Source of the DNA: Candidatus Gottesmanbacteria bacterium
Lineage (GTDB): Bacteria; Patescibacteriota; Microgenomatia; UBA10105; UBA927
NCBI GenBank assembly: GCA_963714095.1
Contig: OY970230.1
Span: forward strand, 532,084 to 596,083
Direction: 5' to 3'
Length of the DNA stretch: 64,000 nt
Made by a program: the position numbers and the translations under genes. Of the stretch, positions 10,064 through 20,829 are shown piece after piece (the stretch's first letter is position 1; each line of letters begins with the position of its first letter). The notes under the pieces were generated by a model that did not search any database, was not told where the DNA came from, and saw nothing but the letters and a program-made list of their open reading frames with translations.

Positions 10064-10819
10064 ATGAATATACTTCACGCAATCATTCTTTCCATCATTG
10101 AGGGCATCACAGAATTCCTGCCCATATCCTCGACCGGCCACATGATTTTAGCCGGTACACTCCTTCACATCACTGAAACAGACTTCGTTAAAAGTTTTGA
10201 AATTATCATCCAGCTCGGCGCAATTCTTGCGGTATTACTTCTCTATTGGAAAAAGTTATTGACAAATAAAGATACGTTTATCCGCGTACTCGTTGCGTTT
10301 ATTCCTACAGGAATAGTCGGCCTGGTACTGTATAAATTTATCAAAGACGTGCTTCTGGGAAATCCATGGATCGTTGTTTGGAGCTTAGGGATCGGCGGTA
10401 TTTTGCTTATTGTATTGGAAAAATTTCATACGGAAAAACAAAAACCCATGAGCTTACTGGATGCATTCATTATCGGTTGTGTACAATCACTCTCTATAAT
10501 TCCCGGAGTATCACGCGCTGCCGCCACTATTGCCGGCGCACTCATGCTCGGAATAAAACGCGAAACCGCGGTCGAATTTTCTTTTTTACTCGCCATTCCT
10601 ACCATGGCAGCAGCGACAGGATTAGACCTTATTAAAAGCGGCCATCATTTCACCGGAAGTCAATACGAATTACTTGCAATTGGTTTCACTGGAGCATTTA
10701 TTACCGCATTAATAACGGTCAGATGGTTTATTACCTTTGTTAAAACCCACACTTTCATCCCCTTCGCCATCTACCGCATCCTTGCGGCTCTCGCATTTTA
10801 TTTCTTTGTTCTTCGTTAA
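10064..10819 (+). CDS. uppP: Undecaprenyl-diphosphatase (BacA)
   Basis: EGITEFLPISSTGH, IQLGAILA, PGVSRA, FSFLLAIP. Confidence 0.95.
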   Translation: MNILHAIILSIIEGITEFLPISSTGHMILAGTLLHITETDFVKSFEIIIQLGAILAVLLLYWKKLLTNKDTFIRVLVAFIPTGIVGLVLYKFIKDVLLGNPWIVVWSLGIGGILLIVLEKFHTEKQKPMSLLDAFIIGCVQSLSIIPGVSRAAATIAGALMLGIKRETAVEFSFLLAIPTMAAATGLDLIKSGHHFTGSQYELLAIGFTGAFITALITVRWFITFVKTHTFIPFAIYRILAALAFYFFVLR

Positions 10820-11424
10820 AACCCCAACACTTTTTTCACAAAAATCAGGGTCGTGCGACCCGGTTTAATTTCTTTACTTACGAGAAGCACTTTATTGACG
10901 GAACTGCCCGACCGCCCGTACGCCTTTTTTGCGCGCTGACCTTCCAAAGGTAAACAGTGTTCGTAAATCCGACGGAATCCTTCGTCTATATTTTGTACAA
11001 TTTTTTGTGTACCCGCTACCCAAATAATATGACCCGCTCCGCTTGCGTACGCGGACAATTGGCTGCCGGTCTGCGACGCAATCATAATCTGGCCATCCTG
11101 CGTCACCGCCTGAACGCTGCCAACTGCCCAGTCAGGTGCAGCGCCAAGTTTACGCATTTCCCGCCCTTGCGTCTCCCGATTCATCAAGAGTAATTTTTTC
11201 CGGACGGAATCAAACTTTCCGGATTCATTTATATCCGGCAATACACCAAGCGCCTCAAGCGTCATCGAAGTCATGGAAAACACCTCTGACCCAAGCGGAA
11301 GGAGTTCTAATAATTTCTTTTTAGCTTCTTCTTTATTCGCAACCGCAACCGTATCAATATGGTTCGCTTGTAATGAAGCAATTGTTTTGTCTAAAGAAAT
11401 TTGATCGGCTAACGTTGTCCACAT
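10816..11424 (-). CDS. LUD-domain (lactate utilization LutC/DUF162-like) protein
   Basis: SMTLEALG, GSVQAVTQDG..IASQTGSQL, VAGTQKIV. Confidence 0.75.
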   Translation of the reverse strand: MWTTLADQISLDKTIASLQANHIDTVAVANKEEAKKKLLELLPLGSEVFSMTSMTLEALGVLPDINESGKFDSVRKKLLLMNRETQGREMRKLGAAPDWAVGSVQAVTQDGQIMIASQTGSQLSAYASGAGHIIWVAGTQKIVQNIDEGFRRIYEHCLPLEGQRAKKAYGRSGSSVNKVLLVSKEIKPGRTTLIFVKKVLGF

Positions 11425-11468
11425 AGATTCTCCTCTTTCTATTATAGAATATACATCAATAACAGGGG

Positions 11469-13295
11469 TTAATTTTCATCCGTGCGCTTAGCCCGCACTC
11501 GGCCGACTTTCGTGAGAAATTTTTTACGGAGACGCAAACTTTGCGGCGTTACCTCCAACAGTTCATCGTCTTCAATAAAATCAAGACACTGTTCAAGAGA
11601 CAACACCATTGGAGGGTCCAGTTGGATTGCAACATCCGCGTTTGCACTGTGAATGTTCGTTAATTTTTTAATTCTGCAGACATTGATGTCGATATCTTCG
11701 GAACGCTTGTTGATACCGATGATCATCCCTTCGTATACCGGGATACCCGGTCCTATAAACGCGTTCCCGCGATCCTGCACGGTGGTAAGAGCGTACCCTG
11801 TTGATTTTCCTGTTTCCAGTGATACTAAAACGCCGTTCCGTAGCTTCGGAATATGCGGCGTGAGGGAAAAATAGCCGATGACCCGTGTGGCAAATATCCC
11901 GTTTCCGCGGGTTTTGGTAAGGATATCACCGCGGAATCCCAAAAGATTCCGGCTGGATACTTTATACACCATCTTCGTTACTCCCCGATCATTTGTATGG
12001 GTATCAAGCATCACGGCTCTTCGGCGCCCAAGTTCTTCAGATATCACACCGACATACGCGTTATCGATCTCTATGGTAATTTCTTCAAACGGTTCGCAGG
12101 TTACTCCGTCGATGTCTTTCAAAATAACCTCAGGTTTACCGACCTGGAATTCATACCCTTCACGGCGTAAATTTTCAAAAAGAATCGCCAGATGCAATTC
12201 TCCCCGCCCGGCGACGATAAATCCTGTGCCGTCTGGATTTTCCGTAATCCTCAAACCGATATTTGTCTGCTTTTCCTTAAGTAACCTCTGGTGAATTTGT
12301 CTCGCGGTTGAAAATTTTCCTTCTCGCCCGGCAAACGGCGAGGTGTTTGCCGACACCAAAATCTTTAATGTCGGTTCTTCAAGGTGTATCGCCGGAAAAC
12401 CGGTCGGATCGGAGGGATCCGTAATGGTCTGGCCGATGCCGACATCAGAAATTCCGGTAATAGCAATAATATCCCCTGTCTCTCCCATCGCGGTTGCTAC
12501 GCGCTTCAAACCTACGCTGGTGAACACTTCGGCAACGGTGAATGTGCCTAATTTTTCATTTTCCAGCATCTGCAATACTTTTTGCCCGGGTTTCACATTC
12601 CCCTGCGTAAGTTTACCGATGGCGAATGTTCCTTTATGCGTATCAAAATCCAGGGTCGACACAAGCATTTTAAAGGGTTTTGCTGCGTCTACTTCAGGCG
12701 CCGGAATGTATTTGATAATCGCATCAAAAAGGCACGTTAAATCGGTTTTTTCATTCATATTTTCGGGATATGCCGCCCATGCTTTTTCCTCGCGGCCGAT
12801 GGCATACAATACCGGAAAATTTAAATGCTCTTCGTGATGCGCTAAATGCAAAAACAGTTCTTCCGTTTCCCGGAGCACTTCCGCGGGTCTGGCGTCTTTC
12901 CTGTCAATTTTATTGATAACGACAATAATTTTGAGGTTATGCTCCATGGCTTTCTGCAGCACAAATTGTGTCTGAGGCAATGGTCCTTCCGCCGCGTCGA
13001 TAATAAGAAGCGCGCCGTCTGCCATATTGATGACACGCTCCACCTCTCCGCTGAAGTCCGCATGGCCGGGGGTATCGATAATATTTATTTTGGTCTTGTG
13101 ATACATGACCGCCGTATTTTTGGCGAGGATTGTAATCCCCTTTTCCCGCTCTAAAGCATTGCTGTCCAGAATCGTTGTCTGCGTCATTTCCGCTTCATTG
13201 GCGCGGAACGTATGGGTTTGCTTGAGCATCCCGTCAACGAGAGTTGTTTTCCCGTGATCCACGTGGGCGATTATTGCAACGTTACGTATATCCAT
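11469..13295 (-). CDS. typA: Translational GTPase TypA/BipA
   Basis: IRNVAIIAHVDHGKTT, DTPGHADF, NKID, GRGELHL, ELLEVTP. Confidence 0.96.
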   Translation of the reverse strand: MDIRNVAIIAHVDHGKTTLVDGMLKQTHTFRANEAEMTQTTILDSNALEREKGITILAKNTAVMYHKTKINIIDTPGHADFSGEVERVINMADGALLIIDAAEGPLPQTQFVLQKAMEHNLKIIVVINKIDRKDARPAEVLRETEELFLHLAHHEEHLNFPVLYAIGREEKAWAAYPENMNEKTDLTCLFDAIIKYIPAPEVDAAKPFKMLVSTLDFDTHKGTFAIGKLTQGNVKPGQKVLQMLENEKLGTFTVAEVFTSVGLKRVATAMGETGDIIAITGISDVGIGQTITDPSDPTGFPAIHLEEPTLKILVSANTSPFAGREGKFSTARQIHQRLLKEKQTNIGLRITENPDGTGFIVAGRGELHLAILFENLRREGYEFQVGKPEVILKDIDGVTCEPFEEITIEIDNAYVGVISEELGRRRAVMLDTHTNDRGVTKMVYKVSSRNLLGFRGDILTKTRGNGIFATRVIGYFSLTPHIPKLRNGVLVSLETGKSTGYALTTVQDRGNAFIGPGIPVYEGMIIGINKRSEDIDINVCRIKKLTNIHSANADVAIQLDPPMVLSLEQCLDFIEDDELLEVTPQSLRLRKKFLTKVGRVRAKRTDEN

Positions 13296-13370
13296 ATAAA
13301 TAGAAAAACCCGCGTCCTCGCGGGATTTCCGTATTGGGCAGAACAACAGTATTATACTACAATACCTATC

Positions 13371-14351
13371 ATGACGCTCAAAACCAGCGACTTCGACTAT
13401 CATTTACCGATTGATCGGATTGCCCAAACGCCGGCCGTGCCGCGGGAATCGGCAAAGCTGATGGTTGTGGATAGACATAGTGGACAACTTATCCACAAAC
13501 ATATTTCGGATTTCCCGGATTTCCTGCATAAAGGCGACGTGCTTTTCATAAATAACACAAAAGTGTTTCATGCGCGGCTGAAATCAGGAAATAAAGAATT
13601 ATTTTTAATCCGGCCAATCGAAAATACCCTCTGGAGTGCCATCGGCAGAAACTTAACCCCAGGGACCCGCATCACGTTTTCCAATACGTTTATTGCGGAA
13701 ATTACGAAAAAAAATCCTGACGGAACAGTTCTTGTATCGTTTAATACGTCAGATGTCGTGGATAACGCCAACACATTCGGTGAAGTGCCGGTACCGCCCT
13801 ACATCAAAACCATTCCAAAAGACAGCGATTATCAGACTGTCTATGCAAAAATTACAGGATCGGTCGCCGCTCCGACCGCCGGCTTTCATCTGACGAAGCC
13901 GTTACTGAAAAAAATTAAGGAGAAAGGCGTCACCATTCTTGAAATTACACTCCATGTCGGACTGGGTACGTTCATGCCGATAAAATCCGACACACTCGCT
14001 GCCCATACCATGCACAGCGAATGGGTGGATGTTCAGCCGGACGTTTCGGAGCAAATTCTTGAAGCCAAAAAAGAGGGCAGACGAATTATTGCAGTCGGCA
14101 CCACAACCGTCCGTACACTAGAAGGAACTTTGGCAAAACCATATACAGGTGATGTTAATGTATTTATCCAACCCGGCTACAAATTTAAAATCGTTGATGC
14201 GATGCTCACGAATTTTCACTTACCGAAATCCACGCTTATCGTGTTGGTCTCAGCATTCTGGAAGCGCGAACAAATTCTGGCAGCATATAAAACGGCGGTA
14301 AAAAATAGGTATCGCTTTTACAGTTTCGGCGATGCAATGTTCATCGTGTAA
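13371..14351 (+). CDS. queA: S-adenosylmethionine:tRNA ribosyltransferase-isomerase
   Basis: DFDYHLP..IAQTP, YQTVYA, GSVAAPTAG, TNFHLPKST, YRFYSFGDAM. Confidence 0.96.
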   Translation: MTLKTSDFDYHLPIDRIAQTPAVPRESAKLMVVDRHSGQLIHKHISDFPDFLHKGDVLFINNTKVFHARLKSGNKELFLIRPIENTLWSAIGRNLTPGTRITFSNTFIAEITKKNPDGTVLVSFNTSDVVDNANTFGEVPVPPYIKTIPKDSDYQTVYAKITGSVAAPTAGFHLTKPLLKKIKEKGVTILEITLHVGLGTFMPIKSDTLAAHTMHSEWVDVQPDVSEQILEAKKEGRRIIAVGTTTVRTLEGTLAKPYTGDVNVFIQPGYKFKIVDAMLTNFHLPKSTLIVLVSAFWKREQILAAYKTAVKNRYRFYSFGDAMFIV

Positions 14352-14412
14352 TATATTTTATAAAAACAACAATATTATACAAACACTTGTTCTATCTCTA
14401 TAATACCCGTAC

Positions 14413-15225
14413 ATGAAAAAATTATTCTCACGCTGCATACTTCTGTTCATTTCTTTTTTCCTCTCTCCGTTTTTCATTACTAACTCGGCACGCGCCGCGG
14501 TAGTAATTAACGAACTTCTGCCGAAAACTGACCCGGCGACAAACGAATGGGTAGAACTTTACAACACGGGATCTGAGTCTGTATCACTGGACCGCTGGCA
14601 TATCGACCATATAGCAGGCGACGCAAAATCATATATTTTCAATGCCGGCGCCGTTATCGGACCGTCCGGCTTTCTTACCTTCAACGGAAATCAAACGGCC
14701 ATCAGTTTCAGCATACAGGGTGATACCGTCCGGTTATTCGATGCTACTGGCACACTCGTGGACAGCCAAAGCTACCCCGGTATACTGGGATACAACACTT
14801 CTATGGGAAGAAGCACCGACGGCGCAGGTGTGTGGGCCATCTGCACCACTGCGACGTACAATACACCAAACAACTGTCCGCAACCCTCGCCGACTCCGAC
14901 GCCGATCCCGACCGCCGAAATGACACCGACACCCACACCTGCGGTGACCCCGTATCCGACCCTCACGACAACCCCTTTTCCTGCGGCAACACAGAATTCC
15001 ATTGAACCGGAAACTCCGGTGCCGTCCCGGCAGACGTTCGGATCATTCCTGCCCTCCCCGACGGAAAACCGGGTGTTGGGGGCCCAAGACGTTCTGTCCC
15101 CCACACCTACCCCTGACCCTGCGACTCTGACGCTAAAAATGGATAAAATCCTCGCCTATCAGATTCTTGCGGTCGCCGTTGCCTGGGGTGTTATTGCAGC
15201 CGTTGCCTATGTACGCCACAAATAA
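14413..15225 (+). CDS. Lamin-tail-domain surface protein with Pro/Thr linker and C-terminal TM
   Basis: Signal peptide; VVINELLP...EWVELYNTG; PTPTP linker. Confidence 0.8.
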   Translation: MKKLFSRCILLFISFFLSPFFITNSARAAVVINELLPKTDPATNEWVELYNTGSESVSLDRWHIDHIAGDAKSYIFNAGAVIGPSGFLTFNGNQTAISFSIQGDTVRLFDATGTLVDSQSYPGILGYNTSMGRSTDGAGVWAICTTATYNTPNNCPQPSPTPTPIPTAEMTPTPTPAVTPYPTLTTTPFPAATQNSIEPETPVPSRQTFGSFLPSPTENRVLGAQDVLSPTPTPDPATLTLKMDKILAYQILAVAVAWGVIAAVAYVRHK

Positions 15226-15300
15226 AGCATCAGACATAAAGAAAACGACAGCAGAGCCGCCGTATGGTTATATCTTTACCATATTGGTATAATGGCGGCG

Positions 15301-16260
15301 ATGAAACAAACCCTCATTTCGCTTATTGTTCCCTGCTACAACGAACAGCTGAATATTGAGCTCATGTACCGGCGTATCACGGCAGTATTTAAAAAATTGC
15401 CGGGATACGATTTTGAACTGTTGTACGTGGATAATGCTTCCGTTGACGGGTCCGCGGCGATATATTCCCGGCTCGCAAAAAAAGACAAACGGGTGAAGGT
15501 TATCCTTATGTCCCGCAACTTCGGATCACCGCAGCCCAGTTTCGTCGCCGGTTTATCATTTGCAAAAGGAGATGCAGCGGTACTTCTGCACGGCGACATC
15601 CAGGATCCGCCGGAGATGATTCCCGATTTTATCAAACGCTGGCGGCAGGGCTACGATGTTGTGTACGGGGTGCGCACGAGCAGGCGCGGGTACAACGTAA
15701 TGTGGAATCTTATGTATAAAGGATTTTACTATCTTCTTGAAAAACTCGCGTATATTCAGATACCTCTGAACGCCGGAGAATTTTCACTTATTGACCGGCG
15801 CGTTATGAAGGAGCTTGCCTCTTTTGATGAATATGATTATTATCTGCGCGGCCTGCGGGCATTCGTAGGTTTCCGGCAAATCGGCATTTCATATGTGCGT
15901 GACTCACGCGTCCGTGGGCAGTCGACGGAAAGTTTCTGGTCCGGGCTCTGGTGGGCTAAAACGATCCTTATTAACTTTTCATTCCGGCCGCTGGAGTGGA
16001 TATCGACGATCGCATTTGGCGTCGTCGTTCTGACGGTCCTACTTTTTATCGTGAACGTTATTGTTGTATTTATCTTTCACAATTCTCCCCGCGGGATCCC
16101 GACGATTGTGTTGTTGATGCTGTTTTTGGGCGGCGTACAGCTGTTATCTCTGAGCGTGATCGCCGAATACCTGGCAAAAATTTTTCTCGAGGTCAAACGA
16201 AGACCTAAATATATTATACAAAAAACACTCAACCTGGCCGGCCATACACAACGGGCCTGA
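15301..16260 (+). CDS. GT2 polyprenol-phosphate glycosyltransferase (GtrB/ArnC-like)
   Basis: IVPCYNE, DNASVDGS, SRNFG, DIQDPP, two C-terminal TMs, EVKRRPKY. Confidence 0.9.
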   Translation: MKQTLISLIVPCYNEQLNIELMYRRITAVFKKLPGYDFELLYVDNASVDGSAAIYSRLAKKDKRVKVILMSRNFGSPQPSFVAGLSFAKGDAAVLLHGDIQDPPEMIPDFIKRWRQGYDVVYGVRTSRRGYNVMWNLMYKGFYYLLEKLAYIQIPLNAGEFSLIDRRVMKELASFDEYDYYLRGLRAFVGFRQIGISYVRDSRVRGQSTESFWSGLWWAKTILINFSFRPLEWISTIAFGVVVLTVLLFIVNVIVVFIFHNSPRGIPTIVLLMLFLGGVQLLSLSVIAEYLAKIFLEVKRRPKYIIQKTLNLAGHTQRA

Positions 16261-16309
16261 TACAAAAATCAGATTCTAACTCTTCATTAGTATCAAAATC
16301 CGTTTCGTA

Positions 16310-16468
16310 TTATTTGTTCTTTTTCAATTGTTCGTTTACCCATTCAAGTTTTTCCTCCAACATCTTTTTCTTCATTTCAAGATGTTGTTTTGACATTGCA
16401 TGTTCTTTACAGCAATCCATCATGTCGCCATGGCCTCCATGGAAATGTCCGCTTTTTGTGTCCATCAT
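16310..16468 (-). CDS. Small His/Cys/Met-rich coiled-coil protein
   Basis: SD GAGGAGGTGA; MMDTKSGHFHGGHGDMMDCCKEH... Confidence 0.7.
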   Translation of the reverse strand: MMDTKSGHFHGGHGDMMDCCKEHAMSKQHLEMKKKMLEEKLEWVNEQLKKNK

Positions 16469-16641
16469 ATATGTCACCTCCTCTTCATTATTAACTGATG
16501 AAAGTTTACACTCCATTTCTGAGAAACTGCTTGCATTAAATAATATCTACACCTGGTATCGCGAGTTCAAACATTCACCATCAGCGTTTTATCAGAATCC
16601 GATGCTATATTCTTCTTATTACGTTAAGGAGGTAATACAGT

Positions 16642-17205
16642 ATGAATAAACAAAAAATTCTTTCATCGATATCGGCGGTTATTCTCACGGGCACGGCTCT
16701 TGTTGCTACCCCGCAAATTTATGCACAGACTCCGGGCACAAGCCCTCATATGAATTTTTTCCAGGAACTGGTGCAGTTTATCTCCCAAAAATTCGGGCTG
16801 GATCAAACACAGGTGCAAACTGCAGTAACTGAATTTCAACAGCAAAAAAGGGCAACGATTACTCCGCGCCCGACGCTGACGCCGCAACAGATTTCCGACA
16901 GGGATAAAACCCGATTGGATCAGCTCGTCTCATCCGGAAAAATCACATCGGATCAGGAAACGGCGATCATCAATGAACTCGCGGCTCTGAGAGCTAAATA
17001 TAATTTTAGGTCATCAGCAAACCTGACACCTGCTCAGCGGAAAACCCAGATGACTACGATGCATGACGAAATTGTTGCCTGGGCAAAATCTCAGGGAATT
17101 GATTCCTCCTATGTCATGGGCGGATTTGGTGCTGGAGGAAGAGGCCCGGGTATGGGCGGCCGGGGCCGATGGAAAGGGACAATTACTCCAACACCAACGC
17201 CATAA
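16642..17205 (+). CDS. Secreted helical hypothetical protein
   Basis: SD AAGGAGGT; signal peptide; LDQLVSSGKITSDQ; Gly-rich tail. Confidence 0.8.
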   Translation: MNKQKILSSISAVILTGTALVATPQIYAQTPGTSPHMNFFQELVQFISQKFGLDQTQVQTAVTEFQQQKRATITPRPTLTPQQISDRDKTRLDQLVSSGKITSDQETAIINELAALRAKYNFRSSANLTPAQRKTQMTTMHDEIVAWAKSQGIDSSYVMGGFGAGGRGPGMGGRGRWKGTITPTPTP

Positions 17206-18246
17206 CTATTTTAGATACTGATTAAAAAATGCCACAGTTTCGGTTAACGCTCTTGAGGAATCGGGAGAAAGGTTATGATCTGCGCCCGCATAGGCATGGT
17301 ACACAACTGTTTTCCCGGCGCTTTGTAACGTATCACGAAGAGATGAGGAAAAAACCGGCGGAACGGAGACATCTGCCGTGCCAACCTGTATTTCTACGGG
17401 CGCTGTAATGTCCGAAACGTATTTGGTCGGGTCAATTGCATTCCAGTACTGCGGGTTAGTTACGGGCGTTCCGTAATCAGCAATCATCTGTTGGACGATG
17501 TATGACGTATCCAAATCGTTTCCGATAATGCTTTTTGCGCTAATTCTTTGATTCCACCAATTGAGAATGCCTGTTTCATCCCCTACAACCCCTGCCATCA
17601 GTTCGGCTGCCTGAATATCTTTGGATATGACAAGTTCGTGCAAGGTAATATTTCCTCCCATGGAATGGCCGAACACACCGATCTTTTGCGGATTTGCATC
17701 CTTATATTGTTTGATGGAAGCCAGGGCATTCATGCTGTCAACAAGATAATCGGCAGATACGTATATTTGCATTGGTGTTCCTTCCGAATTCCCATTTCCC
17801 CGGTAATCGGGTTTAAATACGATATACCCCGCCGAGGCAAGCGGGTTCACAAAAGAAGCGTAACTGATTTCGGTTGAATACTGCGCCGGCGGAATATATC
17901 CGTGATTAAAAAGGATAACCGGCCACCCTCCGGCCGGTTTCTGCCCGGTGGGAACCGTGAGAAGTCCGTATTGTTTTAATCCCTCCGACAGATACGAAAC
18001 AATGTAACGGCTGTAATCGGCGCCGGGAGTCAACGTTGCTGCCACAACAAGAGCGCTGCCAGGATACGACTTCTGCTTCATCGAGGAAATTGCTAATGGA
18101 TTTACCATTGAATTTGGGGTGGGAGTTATCGTGGTCCCGGAAATCCGCAGTATTGGTGTTGCACTTTTAGTACTCGTCTTCTGCAGAAAAAAATACCCGG
18201 TTCCTATAATACAAAGAAGCAGCAATACGACAATAACCTTTTTCAT
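17206..18246 (-). CDS. Membrane-anchored alpha/beta hydrolase (S9 peptidase/esterase-like)
   Basis: PDYRGNG, GHSMGG nucleophile elbow, GTADVSV, GADH. Confidence 0.9.
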   Translation of the reverse strand: MKKVIVVLLLLCIIGTGYFFLQKTSTKSATPILRISGTTITPTPNSMVNPLAISSMKQKSYPGSALVVAATLTPGADYSRYIVSYLSEGLKQYGLLTVPTGQKPAGGWPVILFNHGYIPPAQYSTEISYASFVNPLASAGYIVFKPDYRGNGNSEGTPMQIYVSADYLVDSMNALASIKQYKDANPQKIGVFGHSMGGNITLHELVISKDIQAAELMAGVVGDETGILNWWNQRISAKSIIGNDLDTSYIVQQMIADYGTPVTNPQYWNAIDPTKYVSDITAPVEIQVGTADVSVPPVFSSSLRDTLQSAGKTVVYHAYAGADHNLSPDSSRALTETVAFFNQYLK

Positions 18247-18475
18247 TATTCCTTACTGTAACACATGCAACAGCTCCCAAGGAAAACTGAAGAAAGGCTT
18301 ATGACGTAAGCCAAGAGTCGCTTCAAAATTCATTGAAAGCGAACAAAAACAGTGATATATTCTATGAGGCGGTATGCAGCGTTAACACAACAATAATTTG
18401 CACCCCAATTTTAATCGTTACCCAACTTAATACAATATGGAAACCTTTAAATAAAATCGACACGAAGTTCAAAAC

Positions 18476-19288
18476 ATGAACAACGATACACAAAATATCA
18501 TTACCGTAACAAATCTCACGAAGAAATTTAACGGATTTACCGCCGTTAACAACATTTCCTTTGCCGTCAAACACGGTGAGATATTTGCGTTTTTAGGACC
18601 TAACGGAGCCGGAAAAACAACAACAATAAAAATGCTGATAACACTTCTTGCACCTACCGGCGGCGACGGAATTATAGACGGATATAGCATTATGAAAAGT
18701 CCGGGAAATGTCCGTAGGGTTATTGGGTATGTACCGCAACTTATCTCCGTCGACGGTACGCTCACTGCGGATGAGAACCTCATGCTGATGGCAAAACTCT
18801 ACGATATTGCAAAAAGCGACAGAAAACAGCGCATCAATGATGTGCTCTCCTTTCTTAACCTCACAGAGCTGCGTCATACGCTTGTCAAAAAATTCTCCGG
18901 CGGCATGATCCGCAAGCTCGAAGTCGGACAGGCAATACTGCATCATCCGCCCGTCTTATTTCTGGATGAGCCAACGTCCGGTCTTGATCCGATTGCCAGA
19001 AGAAATGTCTGGAAACATTTACTCGAATTGAGGAAACTATTCCGGACGACGATTTTTTTCACAACACATTATATGGAAGAGGCAGAGGAAGTCGCAGACC
19101 GTGTCGCTATTATGCATCTGGGTAATATCGTCGCACTGGGAACAGTTGAGGAACTCCGTAAAAAAACAAAAAAAGACAATGCAACACTTGAAGACGCATT
19201 TATCTATTTCACCGGAACGGCCATGCAGGAAAAAGGAAACTTACGTGAAATCAAACGAATGCGGGAAACCGAGCATAAACTTGGATAA
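18476..19288 (+). CDS. ABC exporter ATP-binding subunit (DrrA-like)
   Basis: GPNGAGKTT, FSGGM, LFLDEPT, TTHYMEEA. Confidence 0.95.
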   Translation: MNNDTQNIITVTNLTKKFNGFTAVNNISFAVKHGEIFAFLGPNGAGKTTTIKMLITLLAPTGGDGIIDGYSIMKSPGNVRRVIGYVPQLISVDGTLTADENLMLMAKLYDIAKSDRKQRINDVLSFLNLTELRHTLVKKFSGGMIRKLEVGQAILHHPPVLFLDEPTSGLDPIARRNVWKHLLELRKLFRTTIFFTTHYMEEAEEVADRVAIMHLGNIVALGTVEELRKKTKKDNATLEDAFIYFTGTAMQEKGNLREIKRMRETEHKLG

Positions 19289-19290
19289 CC

Positions 19291-20064
19291 ATGAACTATC
19301 TGACACAACTTATCAGCAAGTCCTACGTAATGGCAGAAATGGAAGTCCGGAAACTTCTTCATGATCCAACGGAACTGATTACCCGCGCGGTACAACCCAT
19401 TCTCTGGCTTGGGATATTCGGCGAAGCATTGAGTAAAGTCAGGGCAATTCCCACGCAGGGACTCACATATCTGCAGTTTATTACGCCAGGCATTCTCACC
19501 CAGTCAGTTGTGTTCATCGCCATATTCTACGGATTATCCATTATTTGGGAACGCGATATGGGAATACTGCAAAAATTTCTGGTCACTCCGACTCCACGTC
19601 TTGCTTTAGTGTGGGGAAAAATGGCTTCCGCAGGAGTACGCGGAATGAGCCAGGCGGTAATTATTTTTCTTTTTGCATTACTTCTTCATATTCATTTGCA
19701 GTTTACACTGTTATCAATATTTGGGACAGTCCTTATCGTAATTTTGGGGGGTGGTTTTTTTACAGGGCTTTCTATGATTATCGCATCCATTGTGAAAACA
19801 CGTGAACGGTTCATGGGAATTGGACAGGTAATCACGCTGCCCCTCTTCTTTGCTTCAAATGCCATTTATCCCATTTCAATTATGCCATCCTGGCTGCAGG
19901 TTGTCGCAACTATTAACCCCTTAAGCTATATGGTCGATGGCCTTCGGGCGCTTCTGGTAACGGGAGACATATCACAGCTTCCGTTTGATATCACAATTCT
20001 CGTCGTCGCTACACTCCTTATCTCTTTTCTTTCAGCTTTTATGTATCCAAAAGTTGTTGTCTAA
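19291..20064 (+). CDS. ABC-2 type permease (DrrB-like)
   Basis: About six TMs; NPLSYMVDGLR; follows ATPase gene. Confidence 0.92.
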   Translation: MNYLTQLISKSYVMAEMEVRKLLHDPTELITRAVQPILWLGIFGEALSKVRAIPTQGLTYLQFITPGILTQSVVFIAIFYGLSIIWERDMGILQKFLVTPTPRLALVWGKMASAGVRGMSQAVIIFLFALLLHIHLQFTLLSIFGTVLIVILGGGFFTGLSMIIASIVKTRERFMGIGQVITLPLFFASNAIYPISIMPSWLQVVATINPLSYMVDGLRALLVTGDISQLPFDITILVVATLLISFLSAFMYPKVVV

Positions 20065-20104
20065 AACGGATAAATGGTAGTTTGATGTGCTTGTGCTGTA
20101 GGTA

Positions 20105-20686
20105 TTACGGAATGCACGTGACGACTTTCCACCAGTTAGTAATATAATCAACTCTCCGGTTTTGATACAGAAGATAATACGCATGTTCCCAGACGTCCAA
20201 AGCAATGATAGGGGTGTGCCCCGTAAGATACGGAGAATCCTGGTTGTGAGTCGTATATATTTCAAGCTTTTTATCACCGTTTTCCGCAAGCCATACCCAG
20301 CCGCTGCCGAAATGTCCGACTGCGGCGTCAGTAAATACTTTTTTAAATGCTTCGACACTCCCGAATTCCCGGGTAACACGCTCTATCAGTAATGTATTGA
20401 GGCGTTTCGTAGGACCCATGACCGTCCAAAAAAAAGCGTGGTTCACATGTCCCCCGCCGTTATTTTTCAGCGCCGTTCTGTCCTTCTCTTCCATGGGAAG
20501 AGTACTTACTTTCCGTAACAATTCCTCAACCGGCGTCTCCCCTAGAGATGGATATTTTGCCAATACTCCATTTAATTTATCAATATATGCCTGGTGGTGT
20601 TTTGTCAGATGAATTTCCATGGTCCTGGCATCAATATATGGCTCCAACGCATCATAGGCATATGGTAATTTGGGTAATATAATCAT
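20105..20686 (-). CDS. sodA: Superoxide dismutase, Fe/Mn family (Mn-type signatures)
   Basis: LPYAYDALEP, HHQAY, NNGGGHVNH, NQD, DVWEHAYY. Confidence 0.95.
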   Translation of the reverse strand: MIILPKLPYAYDALEPYIDARTMEIHLTKHHQAYIDKLNGVLAKYPSLGETPVEELLRKVSTLPMEEKDRTALKNNGGGHVNHAFFWTVMGPTKRLNTLLIERVTREFGSVEAFKKVFTDAAVGHFGSGWVWLAENGDKKLEIYTTHNQDSPYLTGHTPIIALDVWEHAYYLLYQNRRVDYITNWWKVVTCIP

Positions 20687-20809
20687 AGAGTTATAATTCT
20701 AGGGTGCACGTACCATGTATTCATATATATCCAGATTTTGAATAACTATGGTACTATTCATACTATCATAATGCATACATGCATCATACGTACCGTATAA
20801 ACGGAAGTC

Positions 20810-20825
20810 TGTAATCTTCATTACA
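20810..20825. promoter_or_regulatory. Putative Crp/Fnr-type operator TGTAAT-N4-ATTACA
   Basis: Perfect dyad TGTAATCTTCATTACA 4 nt before the Crp/Fnr start, in the sodA/crp divergent region. Confidence 0.55.
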
Positions 20826-20829
20826 AAGT

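Noticed and set aside
13212-13403. Overlapping N-terminal extensions of typA and queA in the ORF track
   Set aside because: Family-typical starts are MDIRN (13295) and MTLKTSDFDY (13371); the extensions span the divergent promoter
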